From assembly GCA_037200045.1 (NCBI GenBank), contig JBBCHM010000002.1, positions 669,241 to 733,240 on the forward strand: a DNA stretch of 64,000 nt. Reading direction: 5' to 3'. The DNA comes from Rhizomicrobium sp. GTDB lineage: Bacteria; Pseudomonadota; Alphaproteobacteria; Micropepsales; Micropepsaceae. Of the stretch, positions 37,761-50,101 are shown piece after piece. The position numbers and the translations under genes were made by a program. The notes beneath the pieces are model-generated. The model searched no databases. It saw only the letters and a list, made by a program, of their open reading frames with translations, and had not been told where the DNA came from. Numbering within the stretch: position 1 is the first letter of the stretch; every line of letters begins with the position of its first letter.

Positions 37761-40700
37761 ATGGGCTTCTGCCTGAAAGTAATCGTCTTGGGATGGCTGC
37801 TCTGGGTCGCCGCCGTCGCCGATTGCCGGGCGCTCGACAACACGCGCGCCATCGATCAGTTCCAGCACATGGCCTGGTCGACAGGTGACGGCGCGCCGCC
37901 CGATATCTGGGCACTCGCGCAAGGCCCCGATGGCTTCCTCTGGCTGGGCACGGGCGCCGGGCTTTATCGCTTCGACGGTGTTACGTTCGAACGCATCCAG
38001 CCGGCGGATAACGGTCAGTTCCCGTCGATGGACATCACCTCTGTCGCCACGCGGTCCGCGGGCGATGTTTGGATCGGCTATTACGCCGGCGGGGTGAGCC
38101 GGCTCAGGGACGGACACCTGACGAATTTCACCGTCCAGCAAGGCTTCCCCGCGGGACGGGTCTTCGGGATCGCGATCGAGGCGTCCAGCGTGGTCTGGGC
38201 GGCGGCCAAGCAGGGTTTGGCGCGCTATGACGGAAGGCGGTGGCAGACCGTCGGCAGCGACTGGAATTTTCCGCCTGGTGGCGCCCAGTACCTGATGATT
38301 TCGCATGACGGAACGCTTTGGGTGACGACGGACAAATCGATCCTTTGCCTGAGACCGCATGCGCGGCGCTTCCAGACCGTGCTGGAGCCTGCCCTGGCGC
38401 GGGCCCGGCCGGTCGAGACCCTCGACGGAACGATCTGGATCTCCGAACAGTCCGCCGGCATCTTCGCGCTCACGGGACCGGGCGGGCGGCTGCTCGATCG
38501 GCCGTCACCCGTCCCCGCAGGATCGGGGCGAGACATCCTGCGCGCGAAATCGCTCCTCTTCGACCGGGATGGCGTCCTTTGGGCCAGCGATGCCGATCGC
38601 GGCGGCATCTTCCGGGTCGTGCATCCCTCGGCACATGCCGGCGCGCTGCAGCGGGCCGATATCAGCGATGTCTTCAATCAGAAAAGCGGATTGACGGCGG
38701 ATATCGCCGTGCCGCTTCTTGAAGATTCGGAGCGCGATATCTGGGTCGGCACAAATCTGGGCTTGGACAGGTTCCGCGACATCGCCTTCACGCCGATCAA
38801 GCAGATACCGGATCCGCTGGGTTCGGGCTATGCCTTCGGCCGCGAACCGGACGGGTCGATCCTGATCGCCAGCGGCGTGGGGCTGTTTCATGCGAGAAGC
38901 ACGCAGGCCATTGACCGCGGAATCACACTCCCGCTCATCGTTGGCAGCGTCGTCGTGGACCCGAAAGGCCCAATCTGGCTGGCTGGCCTCAACCGCGATT
39001 TCAAATCCCGGCTCGTCGCGCGCCTCGACGGCGATCGGCTGACGCCCGTTCCGTTGCCCGGCACGATCCCGGCCGACAGCACCGAAGTGCTGACCGAAGA
39101 TTCCAACGGCAGCCTTCTCGTCGCGTTCCGTCCCTATGGCATCATGCGGTACAAGGACGGCGCATGGTCGCCGCTGCAGGCGCGGCCTACCTTGCCGTCT
39201 CAAGGCTACGGCAAAGTGCTGCGCGACCGTCGGGGCCGCCTTTGGATCGGCTATTCGACCGGCGTTGCCGCGCTCGTCGACCACGGTACGGCGCGATTCT
39301 TTTCCGCCCGCGACGGACTGTCGGTGGGAACCATCACGACCATCGACGATGTGGATGGTGCCGTCTGGATCGGCGGCGAAGAGGGGCTGGCGCGATTCGA
39401 CGGCGAGCGGTTCGAAACGATCGGCGCCAAACGGATTGCGCCGTTCCGGGGCATCACGGGCATCGTGGTCTCCGGCGACGATGCGGTATGGCTGAACGGC
39501 ATTTTCGGCATCGTGCGCGTGAACCGGCACGACTTTCTAAGGGCGTTGCGCGATCGGGATTACCAGCTTCCCTGGCGCCAGTTTGACTACCGCGACGGTG
39601 TCGTCGGGGCGGCCCAACAGGGCATCGCGCATACGGCGTTGGCGGGCGCGGACGGCACGCTCTGGTTCATCACCAACCACGGCATCGTGACCGCCGATCC
39701 GCGCCGCCTGCGTCTGAACACAAAGCCGCCGCCCGTCTCGATCCTTGGCCTCGTCGCCGACGACAGGGCGTTTCCGCTTGCCGGAGCGGCCCTGCCGCCG
39801 GGAACGGGTGATATCCGTATCGACTATGCCGGCGTCAGCCTGCCGGTGCCGGAGCGTGTTCGTTTCCGCTACATGCTGGAGGGGCTGGACAGGGACTGGA
39901 CCGATGCGGGCGCGCGTCGGCAGGCGTTTTTCACCAATCTTTCGCCGGGCGATTACCGCTTCCGGGTCATCGCCGCGAACGATGACGGCGTCTGGAATAC
40001 GACCGGTGCCGCGCTTTCCTTCACCGTGCAGCCGGCCTTCTACCAGACGAAGACTTTCTACGCGCTCTGCGGGGTGCTTCTGCTGTGCGCGCTCTGGCTT
40101 CTCTATACGTTGCGTCTCAGGCAGGTGACGGCGCGACTGACGGGCATGCTCGAGGAGCGGCTCCGGGAGCGCGAACGCATCGCGCGCGAGCTCCACGACA
40201 CGCTGCTGCAAGGCGTGCATGGCCTGATCCTGGAATTTCAGGCCATCGCAAACCGCATCCCCGCGCAGGAGCCGATGCATCAACAGATGGAGGGCGTGCT
40301 CGAACGCGCGGACAATGTCCTTATCGAAGGCCGCGAAAGCGTCCACGATCTGCGCGTGGCCGGCGAAAATCGGGATCTCGCGAACGATCTGAAGGACGCC
40401 GCGGCCGAGCTGTCGCCCTCGGGAACGCCCGATTGCAGGATTTTGCAGCGCAGCCAGCCCCGCCGCCTGCATCCGGTCATCCACGAGGAAATCCTAAAGA
40501 TCGGCCGCGAGGCGCTCATCAATGCCTGCCGGCACGCGAATGCAGCCGCTATCGAGGTCGAACTGTCCTATCGGCGCGGACGATTCCGGTTGTGCGTGCG
40601 CGACGACGGCGCCGGCATCGCGGACGAGGTGCTGGTGCGCGGCGGGCGGGAGGGCCATTATGGCCTCAAGGGGATGCGCGAGCGCGCGGAACGGATACAG

Positions 40701-40835
40701 TCCGTCCTCACGATCACCACCGCGCTCTCGATCGGGACGGAGATCGAATTGGTCGTTCCGGCCCGAATCGCTTATGCGCGACCGGTGCGCGCGGCGGCTT
40801 GGCCGTCGCCGCTGAGACGTGTTCTGGGACTCTGA
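37761..40835 (+). CDS. Membrane sensor histidine kinase (beta-propeller repeats + Y_Y_Y + HisKA_3/HATPase)
   Basis: Repeated xDxxGxLWxG units, YRFRVIAANDDGVWN, a TM segment, RERIARELHDTLLQG, EALINACRH, DDGAG, GHYGLKGM. Confidence 0.92.
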   Translation: MGFCLKVIVLGWLLWVAAVADCRALDNTRAIDQFQHMAWSTGDGAPPDIWALAQGPDGFLWLGTGAGLYRFDGVTFERIQPADNGQFPSMDITSVATRSAGDVWIGYYAGGVSRLRDGHLTNFTVQQGFPAGRVFGIAIEASSVVWAAAKQGLARYDGRRWQTVGSDWNFPPGGAQYLMISHDGTLWVTTDKSILCLRPHARRFQTVLEPALARARPVETLDGTIWISEQSAGIFALTGPGGRLLDRPSPVPAGSGRDILRAKSLLFDRDGVLWASDADRGGIFRVVHPSAHAGALQRADISDVFNQKSGLTADIAVPLLEDSERDIWVGTNLGLDRFRDIAFTPIKQIPDPLGSGYAFGREPDGSILIASGVGLFHARSTQAIDRGITLPLIVGSVVVDPKGPIWLAGLNRDFKSRLVARLDGDRLTPVPLPGTIPADSTEVLTEDSNGSLLVAFRPYGIMRYKDGAWSPLQARPTLPSQGYGKVLRDRRGRLWIGYSTGVAALVDHGTARFFSARDGLSVGTITTIDDVDGAVWIGGEEGLARFDGERFETIGAKRIAPFRGITGIVVSGDDAVWLNGIFGIVRVNRHDFLRALRDRDYQLPWRQFDYRDGVVGAAQQGIAHTALAGADGTLWFITNHGIVTADPRRLRLNTKPPPVSILGLVADDRAFPLAGAALPPGTGDIRIDYAGVSLPVPERVRFRYMLEGLDRDWTDAGARRQAFFTNLSPGDYRFRVIAANDDGVWNTTGAALSFTVQPAFYQTKTFYALCGVLLLCALWLLYTLRLRQVTARLTGMLEERLRERERIARELHDTLLQGVHGLILEFQAIANRIPAQEPMHQQMEGVLERADNVLIEGRESVHDLRVAGENRDLANDLKDAAAELSPSGTPDCRILQRSQPRRLHPVIHEEILKIGREALINACRHANAAAIEVELSYRRGRFRLCVRDDGAGIADEVLVRGGREGHYGLKGMRERAERIQSVLTITTALSIGTEIELVVPARIAYARPVRAAAWPSPLRRVLGL

Positions 40836-40838
40836 GCC

Positions 40839-41477
40839 ATGTCCACACCGCAATCGACCGAACCCATCCGCCTCCTCGTGGTCGACGATCATCCGATGCT
40901 GCGCCAAGGCATCGCGAGCCTGCTTCAGTCGGAACCGGACCTCGCCCTGGCCGGCGAGGCGGCGACGGGCGGCGAAGCGATCGAGCTGTTCCGCGCGCTA
41001 CGGCCCGACGTCACCCTGATGGATATCCAATTGCCGGACATGGACGGCACCGAAGCCATCCGTCGCATCCGGGAGGAATTTCCCGCGGCGCGCCTGCTCG
41101 TGCTCACCACCTATTCCGGCGATGTGCAGGTTCTGCGCGCGCTCAAATCGGGCGCTGCCGGCTATCTTCTGAAGAGCGCGCTGCGCAAGGATCTGCTCGA
41201 CGCCATTCGGACGGTCCATGCGGGGGGACGCAGGCTGCCGCCCGATATCGCGATGAAGATCGCCGAGCATGCCGGCGACGATGCCCTCAGCGGCCGCGAA
41301 GTCGAGATCCTGCGCCTCGTGGCGACGGGGCGGACCAACAAGCAGATTGCCGAAAAGCTGTCGATCGCCGAAGAAACGGTGAAGACCCATATCAAGAGCA
41401 TCCTATCCAAGCTCGGCGTCACCGACCGGACGCAGGCCGTCACCACCGCTCTGAAGCGCGGCATCATCGAGCTCTGA
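40839..41477 (+). CDS. NarL/LuxR family response regulator
   Basis: VVDDHPMLRQG, MDIQLP, LTTY, LSGREVEIL, ETVKTH. Confidence 0.93.
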   Translation: MSTPQSTEPIRLLVVDDHPMLRQGIASLLQSEPDLALAGEAATGGEAIELFRALRPDVTLMDIQLPDMDGTEAIRRIREEFPAARLLVLTTYSGDVQVLRALKSGAAGYLLKSALRKDLLDAIRTVHAGGRRLPPDIAMKIAEHAGDDALSGREVEILRLVATGRTNKQIAEKLSIAEETVKTHIKSILSKLGVTDRTQAVTTALKRGIIEL

Positions 41478-41594
41478 TCCAAGCCCCCCGCGGCAAATGC
41501 CTCCCCCGAACGAGGGAGCGCGTGCTCGCTTGAACTGGTCTTTGGCCGCCGGACGGCTTCTGCGAACGTGCCGTCGTTCCTGCAGGAGGCGGTC

Positions 41595-42587
41595 ATGCAC
41601 GCGGCAATCCCGATATCGACGCGAACTTCGTTTCCGAGGCCCGTGGGCGGCGTGATGCCAGGCGAACGGCCGCAGTGCCGAACGATCCCCGCCGGCAATA
41701 TCCGCTCGCGCCGGACATGGGGCGGAGTGGCCGCCGAACTGGTCGATGTGCGGCCGGACGGGGCGTGGAAGGAGCCGTTCGCCGCCGGCACGCTTCGCGT
41801 CACGGCCGTGCTCGGCTTTGTCGGTCGTTCGATCGAGATGCGCCTCGCGCCCGACAGGCCCGGCCGCGGCGGCCGGGCCGGACGAGGCCAGTTGAACATC
41901 CTGCCGCCCGATATCCCGGCCTGGGAACATGCGAGCGACGTCTTGCATCTGCGCCGGCTCGCTTTGCATTTCGACGTGGCGACGCTTGGAGCGCTGGCGG
42001 GCCGGCCGCCGTCTTTCGCGGCATCGCCGGCCCTGCTCATGTTCGAGGATTCCCGCATCCGCGACCTCGCCGGCCTGCTGGCCGGCGAGTGCGAGACCGC
42101 CCTTCCGCTCGGCGATCTGTATGCGGAATGCGTCGTCGCGGCGCTTACCTCCGCTGTTCAAGCGCACCTCGGGGCGCCCACGCCGACGAATAGTGGCGGC
42201 GGCCTGACGCCGAGGAATCTCAAACGGATCGAAGAATTCGTCGAGGCGTTCCTGCCCAGGCAAATTCGGCTCGGTGAGCTCGCGGCTTTGACCGGCTTTT
42301 CGGAGTCGCACTTTTATCGCGCTTTCAAGGTGTCGACGGGATCGTCGCCGCACCGTTGGCTGCAGGAGCGGCGGGTCCGCCGCGCCCAGGCTCTCATACT
42401 CGGCTCGGCGTTGCCGTTGGCACAGATCGCGCTGGAGACCGGATTCGTGGATCAGGGTCATCTGACGCGGGTCTTCAAAAGCGTGACGGGCGCGACCCCG
42501 GCGGCGTGGCGCCGGGAGAATCTGGGCCGCGCCGCGCCGGCGCCAGCCGACCGATCTTGGGAAGCCGCGCAAAACATTCCGGGTTGA
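41595..42587 (+). CDS. AraC family transcriptional regulator
   Basis: C-terminal LAALTGFSESHFYRAFK...GFVDQGHLTRVFK; AGGAGG RBS before ATG 41595. Confidence 0.9.
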   Translation: MHAAIPISTRTSFPRPVGGVMPGERPQCRTIPAGNIRSRRTWGGVAAELVDVRPDGAWKEPFAAGTLRVTAVLGFVGRSIEMRLAPDRPGRGGRAGRGQLNILPPDIPAWEHASDVLHLRRLALHFDVATLGALAGRPPSFAASPALLMFEDSRIRDLAGLLAGECETALPLGDLYAECVVAALTSAVQAHLGAPTPTNSGGGLTPRNLKRIEEFVEAFLPRQIRLGELAALTGFSESHFYRAFKVSTGSSPHRWLQERRVRRAQALILGSALPLAQIALETGFVDQGHLTRVFKSVTGATPAAWRRENLGRAAPAPADRSWEAAQNIPG

Positions 42588-42629
42588 AGACAATCGTCAG
42601 GAACAACCGCGAGCGCGGCCGCCGAACAT

Positions 42630-43799
42630 ATGGGAATCCGAGGCATCGTTCGTCTGCAGTGGCTGCTCGGCACGGCCTGCGCCGTGCTGATCGCAAATCT
42701 CTATTATGCGCAGCCCTTGACGGGCGTGATCGGCGCGGCGCTTGGATTGCCGCAACAGAGTGTTGGTCTGATCGTCACGCTGCCGCTCGCCGGCTATGGC
42801 ACGGGATTGCTGTTGCTGGTGCCGCTCGCGGATCTGCTCGAGAACCGGCGTCTGGTGCTGGCTTTGGTCGGCGGCGAAGCGGTCTGCGTCCTGCTGCTCG
42901 GGCTCCTATCGAGCGCCGGACAGTTTCTCGGCACGGCCTTCCTCGCCGGCGCCATGGCGTCGGCCGTCCAGATCCTCGTACCCTATGTGACCTATGCCAC
43001 GCCCGAGGCGACACGCGGCCAGGCGGTCGGCAAGGTGGTGAGCGGCGTCATGCTCGGCATCATGCTGGCACGGCCGTTGTCGAGCTTTGCGTCCAACTTG
43101 GGCTCGTGGCGGGCGATCTTCCAGATCTCGGCCGCGCTGCTCGCATTGCTCTTTATCGCTTTGTGGTTCGCGTTGCCGCCGCGCCGGCCGACGTCCGAAG
43201 GACGCTATGGCGCCTTGCTGCTTTCGATGGGCCGCATCTTCGTGACGACCCCCGTCCTGCGCCGCCGTGCCTTCTATCAGGCTCTCATGTTTGGCGCGTT
43301 CAGCGTCTTCTGGACGGCCGTGCCCTTATGGCTGACGGGTTCCCAGTTCAACCTATCGCAGCGCGGCATCGCCCTGGTCGCGCTTGCTGGCGTCGCGGGC
43401 GCGGTGGCACCGCCTCTTGCCGGCCGCTTGGCCGATAAAGGATTCACGCGGAGCGGCACCATGGGAGCGATGCTCCTGGCCGTTGCGTCGTTCCTTGCGA
43501 CGGGGCTGGCGCGCGGCGGTTCGACGGCGGGCGTCGTTCTCGTGACGCTGTGTGCCATGGCCCTTGATTTCGCGGTCTCGGCCAACCTGGTCTTTGGACA
43601 GCGCGCGATCTACGCGCTGGCGGCGGACCAGCGCAGCCGGATCAACAGCCTGTTCATGACCACCTTCTTCATCGGCGGCGCCATCGGATCAGCCGCGAGC
43701 GGCTGGTGCTATTTCCGTTTCGGTTGGGCCGGCATCATCATGATGGGAAGCGCGCTGCCGGCCTTGGGCCTCGGCTACCTCAGCATCGAGCGGAGATGA
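42630..43799 (+). CDS. MFS transporter (YnfM-like)
   Basis: ANLYYAQP, LLLLVPLADLLENRR, GIMLARP, SRINSLFMTTFFIGGA. Confidence 0.88.
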   Translation: MGIRGIVRLQWLLGTACAVLIANLYYAQPLTGVIGAALGLPQQSVGLIVTLPLAGYGTGLLLLVPLADLLENRRLVLALVGGEAVCVLLLGLLSSAGQFLGTAFLAGAMASAVQILVPYVTYATPEATRGQAVGKVVSGVMLGIMLARPLSSFASNLGSWRAIFQISAALLALLFIALWFALPPRRPTSEGRYGALLLSMGRIFVTTPVLRRRAFYQALMFGAFSVFWTAVPLWLTGSQFNLSQRGIALVALAGVAGAVAPPLAGRLADKGFTRSGTMGAMLLAVASFLATGLARGGSTAGVVLVTLCAMALDFAVSANLVFGQRAIYALAADQRSRINSLFMTTFFIGGAIGSAASGWCYFRFGWAGIIMMGSALPALGLGYLSIERR

Positions 43800-43859
43800 A
43801 AGCGCTTCGATGTGGCCAAAGCACCCTCGGCAACGGGATGGCGGCGCAAGGGTGCGCGC

Positions 43860-45134
43860 TCAGTGTTGCGACGCCGCCACGGTCGCCGGACCGGGCTCGG
43901 TCGCGGCCGGCGTGGGCATGAACACACGCACGATGGAGGCTATCGCGAGCAAAACGCCGGCAATCAGGAAGGCGCCGTGAATGCCGAATTGAGCGCTGAT
44001 CGGGGCAATGACCGCCGGATTGAGGAAGTCTGCCACCGAGACGATGACGAACACCAGGCCCACGGCACGGCCCCGCACGGCGGGCGCGGCCTTTTCCAGA
44101 ATGAGATGGCCGGTGAACGGCGTTGTCATGCCGCAGCCGAATCCGAAAACCAGGCAGGCGGCGGCGACGATCGGGATGTGCGTGACCGTGCCGGCGACGA
44201 TGAAGCCGAGCGACATCAGGCCGGTGAAAAGCACCACGATCCATTTGCGGCCGAGAAAGGCAAAGATCCAGCCGAACAGCATGCCTGCCGACATGCTGCC
44301 GATCGAGCCCAGCGAGATCATGAACGAGCGCGTCGTCGGTTCGCTGACCCCATCGGCCGCCAGCAGGAACGGAACCTGGATCGCCGACATCATCACGGCG
44401 ACATAGAGCACGAGGATCAGGAGATAGAGCGGTATCAGCGGTGTCAGGCCGCCTTTCTCTTTCGCCTGGGATGCACCGACCAGCGCCTGGTTGCCGCGCA
44501 CGGTCAGCGCGACGCACAGAAGGAACACCAGCGGCAGCAGATAGATGTAGAACGGCGCGCGCCATCCGTCGGCATGGGCGAGCGCCCCGGACAGATTGAT
44601 CGCGCTGACGCTGACGATGCCCGACACCGCGCCCGTATAGCCGAGCAGCTTGGCGCGGAGGCCGCCATCCGCCCACTCGGAAAGCAGCATCATCACGCAG
44701 GTCGAATGGGTCGCCACCACCAGGCCCAGCAGAAGGCGCGAGATCAGAAGAGGCCACATGTCGCTGAGATAGAGGCCGGCGGACCCGGTCACGACATAGA
44801 TGGCGAGGCCGCCCAGCATAACCCGCCTGAGGCCCAGCCGCTCCAGCAGGAATCCCGAGAGGGCGCCGCCGATGATCGTGCCAAGGCCCGGCATCGCCAT
44901 CATCATCTGCGCCACGAAGGGCCCGCGGGTGCCGCCGCCGAAATTCTCCGCCAGCGTCGGCAAGATCGGGGCGAGCGCCGCGAAGACCAGCGTGGCGCAG
45001 GGCGAGCTGGACAGCAACAGCACATAGGCCAGAATGCGAAGAGTGGGATTGGACGGCATGCCGATGCTGGCCTCGCGCGGCGCCTTCGGCGCCACTTCGG
45101 CGGCAAGGACTTCCTCTTCGCTTTCCAGCGTCAT
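43860..45134 (-). CDS. MFS transporter
   Basis: About 12 hydrophobic segments, GFLLERLGLRR motif A, WRAPFYIY. Confidence 0.87.
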   Translation of the reverse strand: MTLESEEEVLAAEVAPKAPREASIGMPSNPTLRILAYVLLLSSSPCATLVFAALAPILPTLAENFGGGTRGPFVAQMMMAMPGLGTIIGGALSGFLLERLGLRRVMLGGLAIYVVTGSAGLYLSDMWPLLISRLLLGLVVATHSTCVMMLLSEWADGGLRAKLLGYTGAVSGIVSVSAINLSGALAHADGWRAPFYIYLLPLVFLLCVALTVRGNQALVGASQAKEKGGLTPLIPLYLLILVLYVAVMMSAIQVPFLLAADGVSEPTTRSFMISLGSIGSMSAGMLFGWIFAFLGRKWIVVLFTGLMSLGFIVAGTVTHIPIVAAACLVFGFGCGMTTPFTGHLILEKAAPAVRGRAVGLVFVIVSVADFLNPAVIAPISAQFGIHGAFLIAGVLLAIASIVRVFMPTPAATEPGPATVAASQH

Positions 45135-45219
45135 GCCTCATCCTTCATCGGTACGCGCCCGGACCATAGAAAGCATGGTCCGGGCGGCTTCGTCAGGCGA
45201 TCAGTGCGACCGCTCGCCG

Positions 45220-47538
<2,319 letters not shown>

Positions 47539-47612
47539 TCGCTCCTCCGGTATTTTTTAACGCCCCTTCCCGAGCGCCTCAGCCATCGGCTGAATTTGGT
47601 CATACTGTAGGT

Positions 47613-47623
47613 CTGTCGGACAA
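47613..47623. promoter_or_regulatory. FadR-type operator copy 1 (CTGTCGGACAA)
   Basis: TGTC-N-GACA palindrome upstream of the TonB receptor. Confidence 0.6.
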
Positions 47624-47670
47624 TTCCGTCTAGACGCGAGTGTCGGCCCGCCTCAGAAAGACGCCAGCCG

Positions 47671-49164
47671 TTACTTTTCTGCCGCTATCCGTTCCGCGGC
47701 GAGGATCCCGAAGGTCGACGCCTCCGACCAACCGCCGGCCACGCCAAGACGCGGCCCGCCCTGGAGGCCGCCCATCGCGCCGCCCGCCGCATAGAGGCCT
47801 GGGATCGGACGGTCCGTCATGTCGACAATCTGGGCGTCCGGGGTCACCGCCAGGCCGCCCATCGCAAACGTGATCCCGGCTATGACGGGCATGGCGAAAT
47901 AGGGCGGGACACTGAGGGCACGGCCGCCCGGACTGCGGGGCGGGGCGAGGAGCGCCGCGCCCGAAGCCGCGCCGTCGTTCTTGCGCGCCGGACCTTCGAA
48001 GACCTCCTCTCCCGGAACGCCGGTGACCTCATAGAGCGAGGCACGTGCGGCGGGGCCGGCCGCGCTCGCCCAATAGGCGTTCACGGCTTCGACATTGCGC
48101 ACGACGGCGTCGCGCGGAAGACCGGCCTTCTCCGCCAGCTCGCCGATCGTGCCGGCCTCTAACAGCGTCGCCGCCAGTTCGACGAACAACGGGTTGGCGG
48201 GGACATCGCCATAGCGGCCTTCGCGCTCCCACATGCTCGAATCGAAGATCGCCCAGCAATTGTCGGGCGTGCGGCTCCGCGCGATCGCGTTGGCGACGCG
48301 TTCGCCCTTCGCGCTTTCGTCGACGAAGCGTTCGCCATGGCCGTCGACGAGCAGGCCGGTATAGATCAGAGCGCCCGGCGCGGGCAGCGGCCACAGCCGG
48401 TCGTCGGTCAGCGCGTCGCGCGACAGCGCATAGCCGTAGAACCACTCCATGTTCACGCATTTCGCGCCCAGCGAAAGGCCGATGCGCAGCGCATCGCCGG
48501 TATCGTTGGGCGATCCGCGCAGCTTGTAGTGCGGCGTGATGTATTTCGCGACGAGTTCGGGATTGCCCTGAAAGCCGCCATCGCAAAGCAGAAGATTGCG
48601 GCCGCGGACAAAGCTGTCGGATGTCGCGGTGCGCACGCGCACCGCATAGCCGCCGTCGATCCGCTCGGCCGCCACCGCGCGATGGCCGATGCGATGATCC
48701 CCGCCCGCGGCGACGAAGGCGGCATGCATCTTCGAAAGCAGGATGTCCGGCCCCTTGTCGCGCCAGCCCCGCCCGACGGTGGAGTCGCGTTGGGGCAGCA
48801 GCACGTTCTGCATCGCCTCCTCGGCCGGATTGAGCACGCCGAACGGCGCGCCTTCCTCGGCCAGGAAACGATAGGCCCGGCGCACATTGTTCGCCCAGGC
48901 GCGCACGACATCGGCGCGCGCGTGCCCGCCGGTTTCGTCCATCACCTTGTTGTAGAGTTCGTCAGGCGTGCGGATCTTGGGATCCCACATCGCGGCGTGA
49001 AACCACCCACCGGAAATGCGTCCATTGCCAAAACCCGGCGCGCTGTCGTGGCGCTCGAGCACGATGGCGCGGAGCCCGAGCTGCTGTGCGCGGCGCGCGG
49101 CGCAAAGCCCCGCCACGCCGCTGCCGACAATCACGACGTCGGCGATATCGCCCGCGCCGCTCAT
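47671..49164 (-). CDS. FAD-dependent oxidoreductase (FAD_binding_2: flavocytochrome c / KstD / TcuA superfamily)
   Basis: IVGSGVAG, LLCDGGFQGN, TGDA, LLVDGHGERFVDE, ITFAMGGL, GLYAAG. Confidence 0.88.
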   Translation of the reverse strand: MSGAGDIADVVIVGSGVAGLCAARRAQQLGLRAIVLERHDSAPGFGNGRISGGWFHAAMWDPKIRTPDELYNKVMDETGGHARADVVRAWANNVRRAYRFLAEEGAPFGVLNPAEEAMQNVLLPQRDSTVGRGWRDKGPDILLSKMHAAFVAAGGDHRIGHRAVAAERIDGGYAVRVRTATSDSFVRGRNLLLCDGGFQGNPELVAKYITPHYKLRGSPNDTGDALRIGLSLGAKCVNMEWFYGYALSRDALTDDRLWPLPAPGALIYTGLLVDGHGERFVDESAKGERVANAIARSRTPDNCWAIFDSSMWEREGRYGDVPANPLFVELAATLLEAGTIGELAEKAGLPRDAVVRNVEAVNAYWASAAGPAARASLYEVTGVPGEEVFEGPARKNDGAASGAALLAPPRSPGGRALSVPPYFAMPVIAGITFAMGGLAVTPDAQIVDMTDRPIPGLYAAGGAMGGLQGGPRLGVAGGWSEASTFGILAAERIAAEK

Positions 49165-50036
49165 GGCGCTTCGACACCCGGCACGGAAACTTCGACGATG
49201 TCGATCTGGCCGCTTGAATTAACTTCGGCGTCCTTGCGGCGGTCCGAACCGATGTACCGCAGATTGTCGATCAGTTCGAAGCCGGTGGTCGCGAGATACA
49301 GCGTCGTCCCGTTGGGGCCGCCGAGCGCGGGCGCCAGCGTATCGCGCCCCGGATTGGGAATCTCGTCGAGCAGTCTTCCATCCGCGCCCAGGCGATAGGC
49401 GCCGACATTGCCGCCGCCGCACCATACCGCGCCTTCGGCGTCGAGGCAGATGCCGTCGATGACAAAGCCCGGTCGTTCCGCCATCGTTTCGCGGTTCGTC
49501 AAGGAGCCGTCGGACTTGATGCGAAAGCGCGTGAGGCGGCCGATGCGCGCTTCCGCGACGATCAGGTGCTCGCCATCCGGCGTGACCGCCGAACCGTTCG
49601 GCGCGACCATGTCTTCGGCCACGACCCGGCAGGTGCCGTCCGGCATCGCAAGAATGACATTATCCGTCGCCGAACCCGTGGCTCCGCCGTTGCGGCCGCC
49701 GACATAGGCGCGCCCTTCTTTGTCCACCACCATGTCGTTGATGAACGACGCGCAGTGCGGCGAAAGATCGGCATGGGTCCACAGCTTGCCGTCCTTGAAC
49801 GCCAGGAGCTTGCGGTCAAGCATCGCGGAAATCAGCAGCGTACCGTCGGCGAGAAAGCCCAGTCCGGACGGCCGGTCGTCGATCCCGACGACCTTGCTGA
49901 GTTTGCCGTCCGCAGTGAGATGCATCACGGCATGGCCGTGAATGTCGGAGAACCACAGCGCGCCATGGCGCCAGCGCGGCCCTTCCGGAAAGCTGATCCC
50001 GTCGGCGAGTGTGCGAAGCCCAGTCTTGCCCGTCAT
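49161..50036 (-). CDS. SMP-30/gluconolactonase/LRE family protein
   Basis: FPEGPRW, WFSDI, PSGLGF, NDMVVD, PNG, DGICLDAEGAVW. Confidence 0.9.
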   Translation of the reverse strand: MTGKTGLRTLADGISFPEGPRWRHGALWFSDIHGHAVMHLTADGKLSKVVGIDDRPSGLGFLADGTLLISAMLDRKLLAFKDGKLWTHADLSPHCASFINDMVVDKEGRAYVGGRNGGATGSATDNVILAMPDGTCRVVAEDMVAPNGSAVTPDGEHLIVAEARIGRLTRFRIKSDGSLTNRETMAERPGFVIDGICLDAEGAVWCGGGNVGAYRLGADGRLLDEIPNPGRDTLAPALGGPNGTTLYLATTGFELIDNLRYIGSDRRKDAEVNSSGQIDIVEVSVPGVEAP

Positions 50037-50074
50037 AGCTGTTCCTCCCTGTGCTTGTTTTGAAGGAGGCTATA

Positions 50075-50089
50075 AACTGTCGGACAGTT
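50075..50089. promoter_or_regulatory. FadR-type operator copy 2 (AACTGTCGGACAGTT)
   Basis: Perfect 7-1-7 palindrome between the SDR and lactonase genes. Confidence 0.7.
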
Positions 50090-50101
50090 GGTCAATCCGC
50101 C

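Noticed and set aside
47671-49164. Calling this gene kstD
   Set aside because: The KstD fingerprint was not recognisable, so it is left as a generic FAD_binding_2 enzyme
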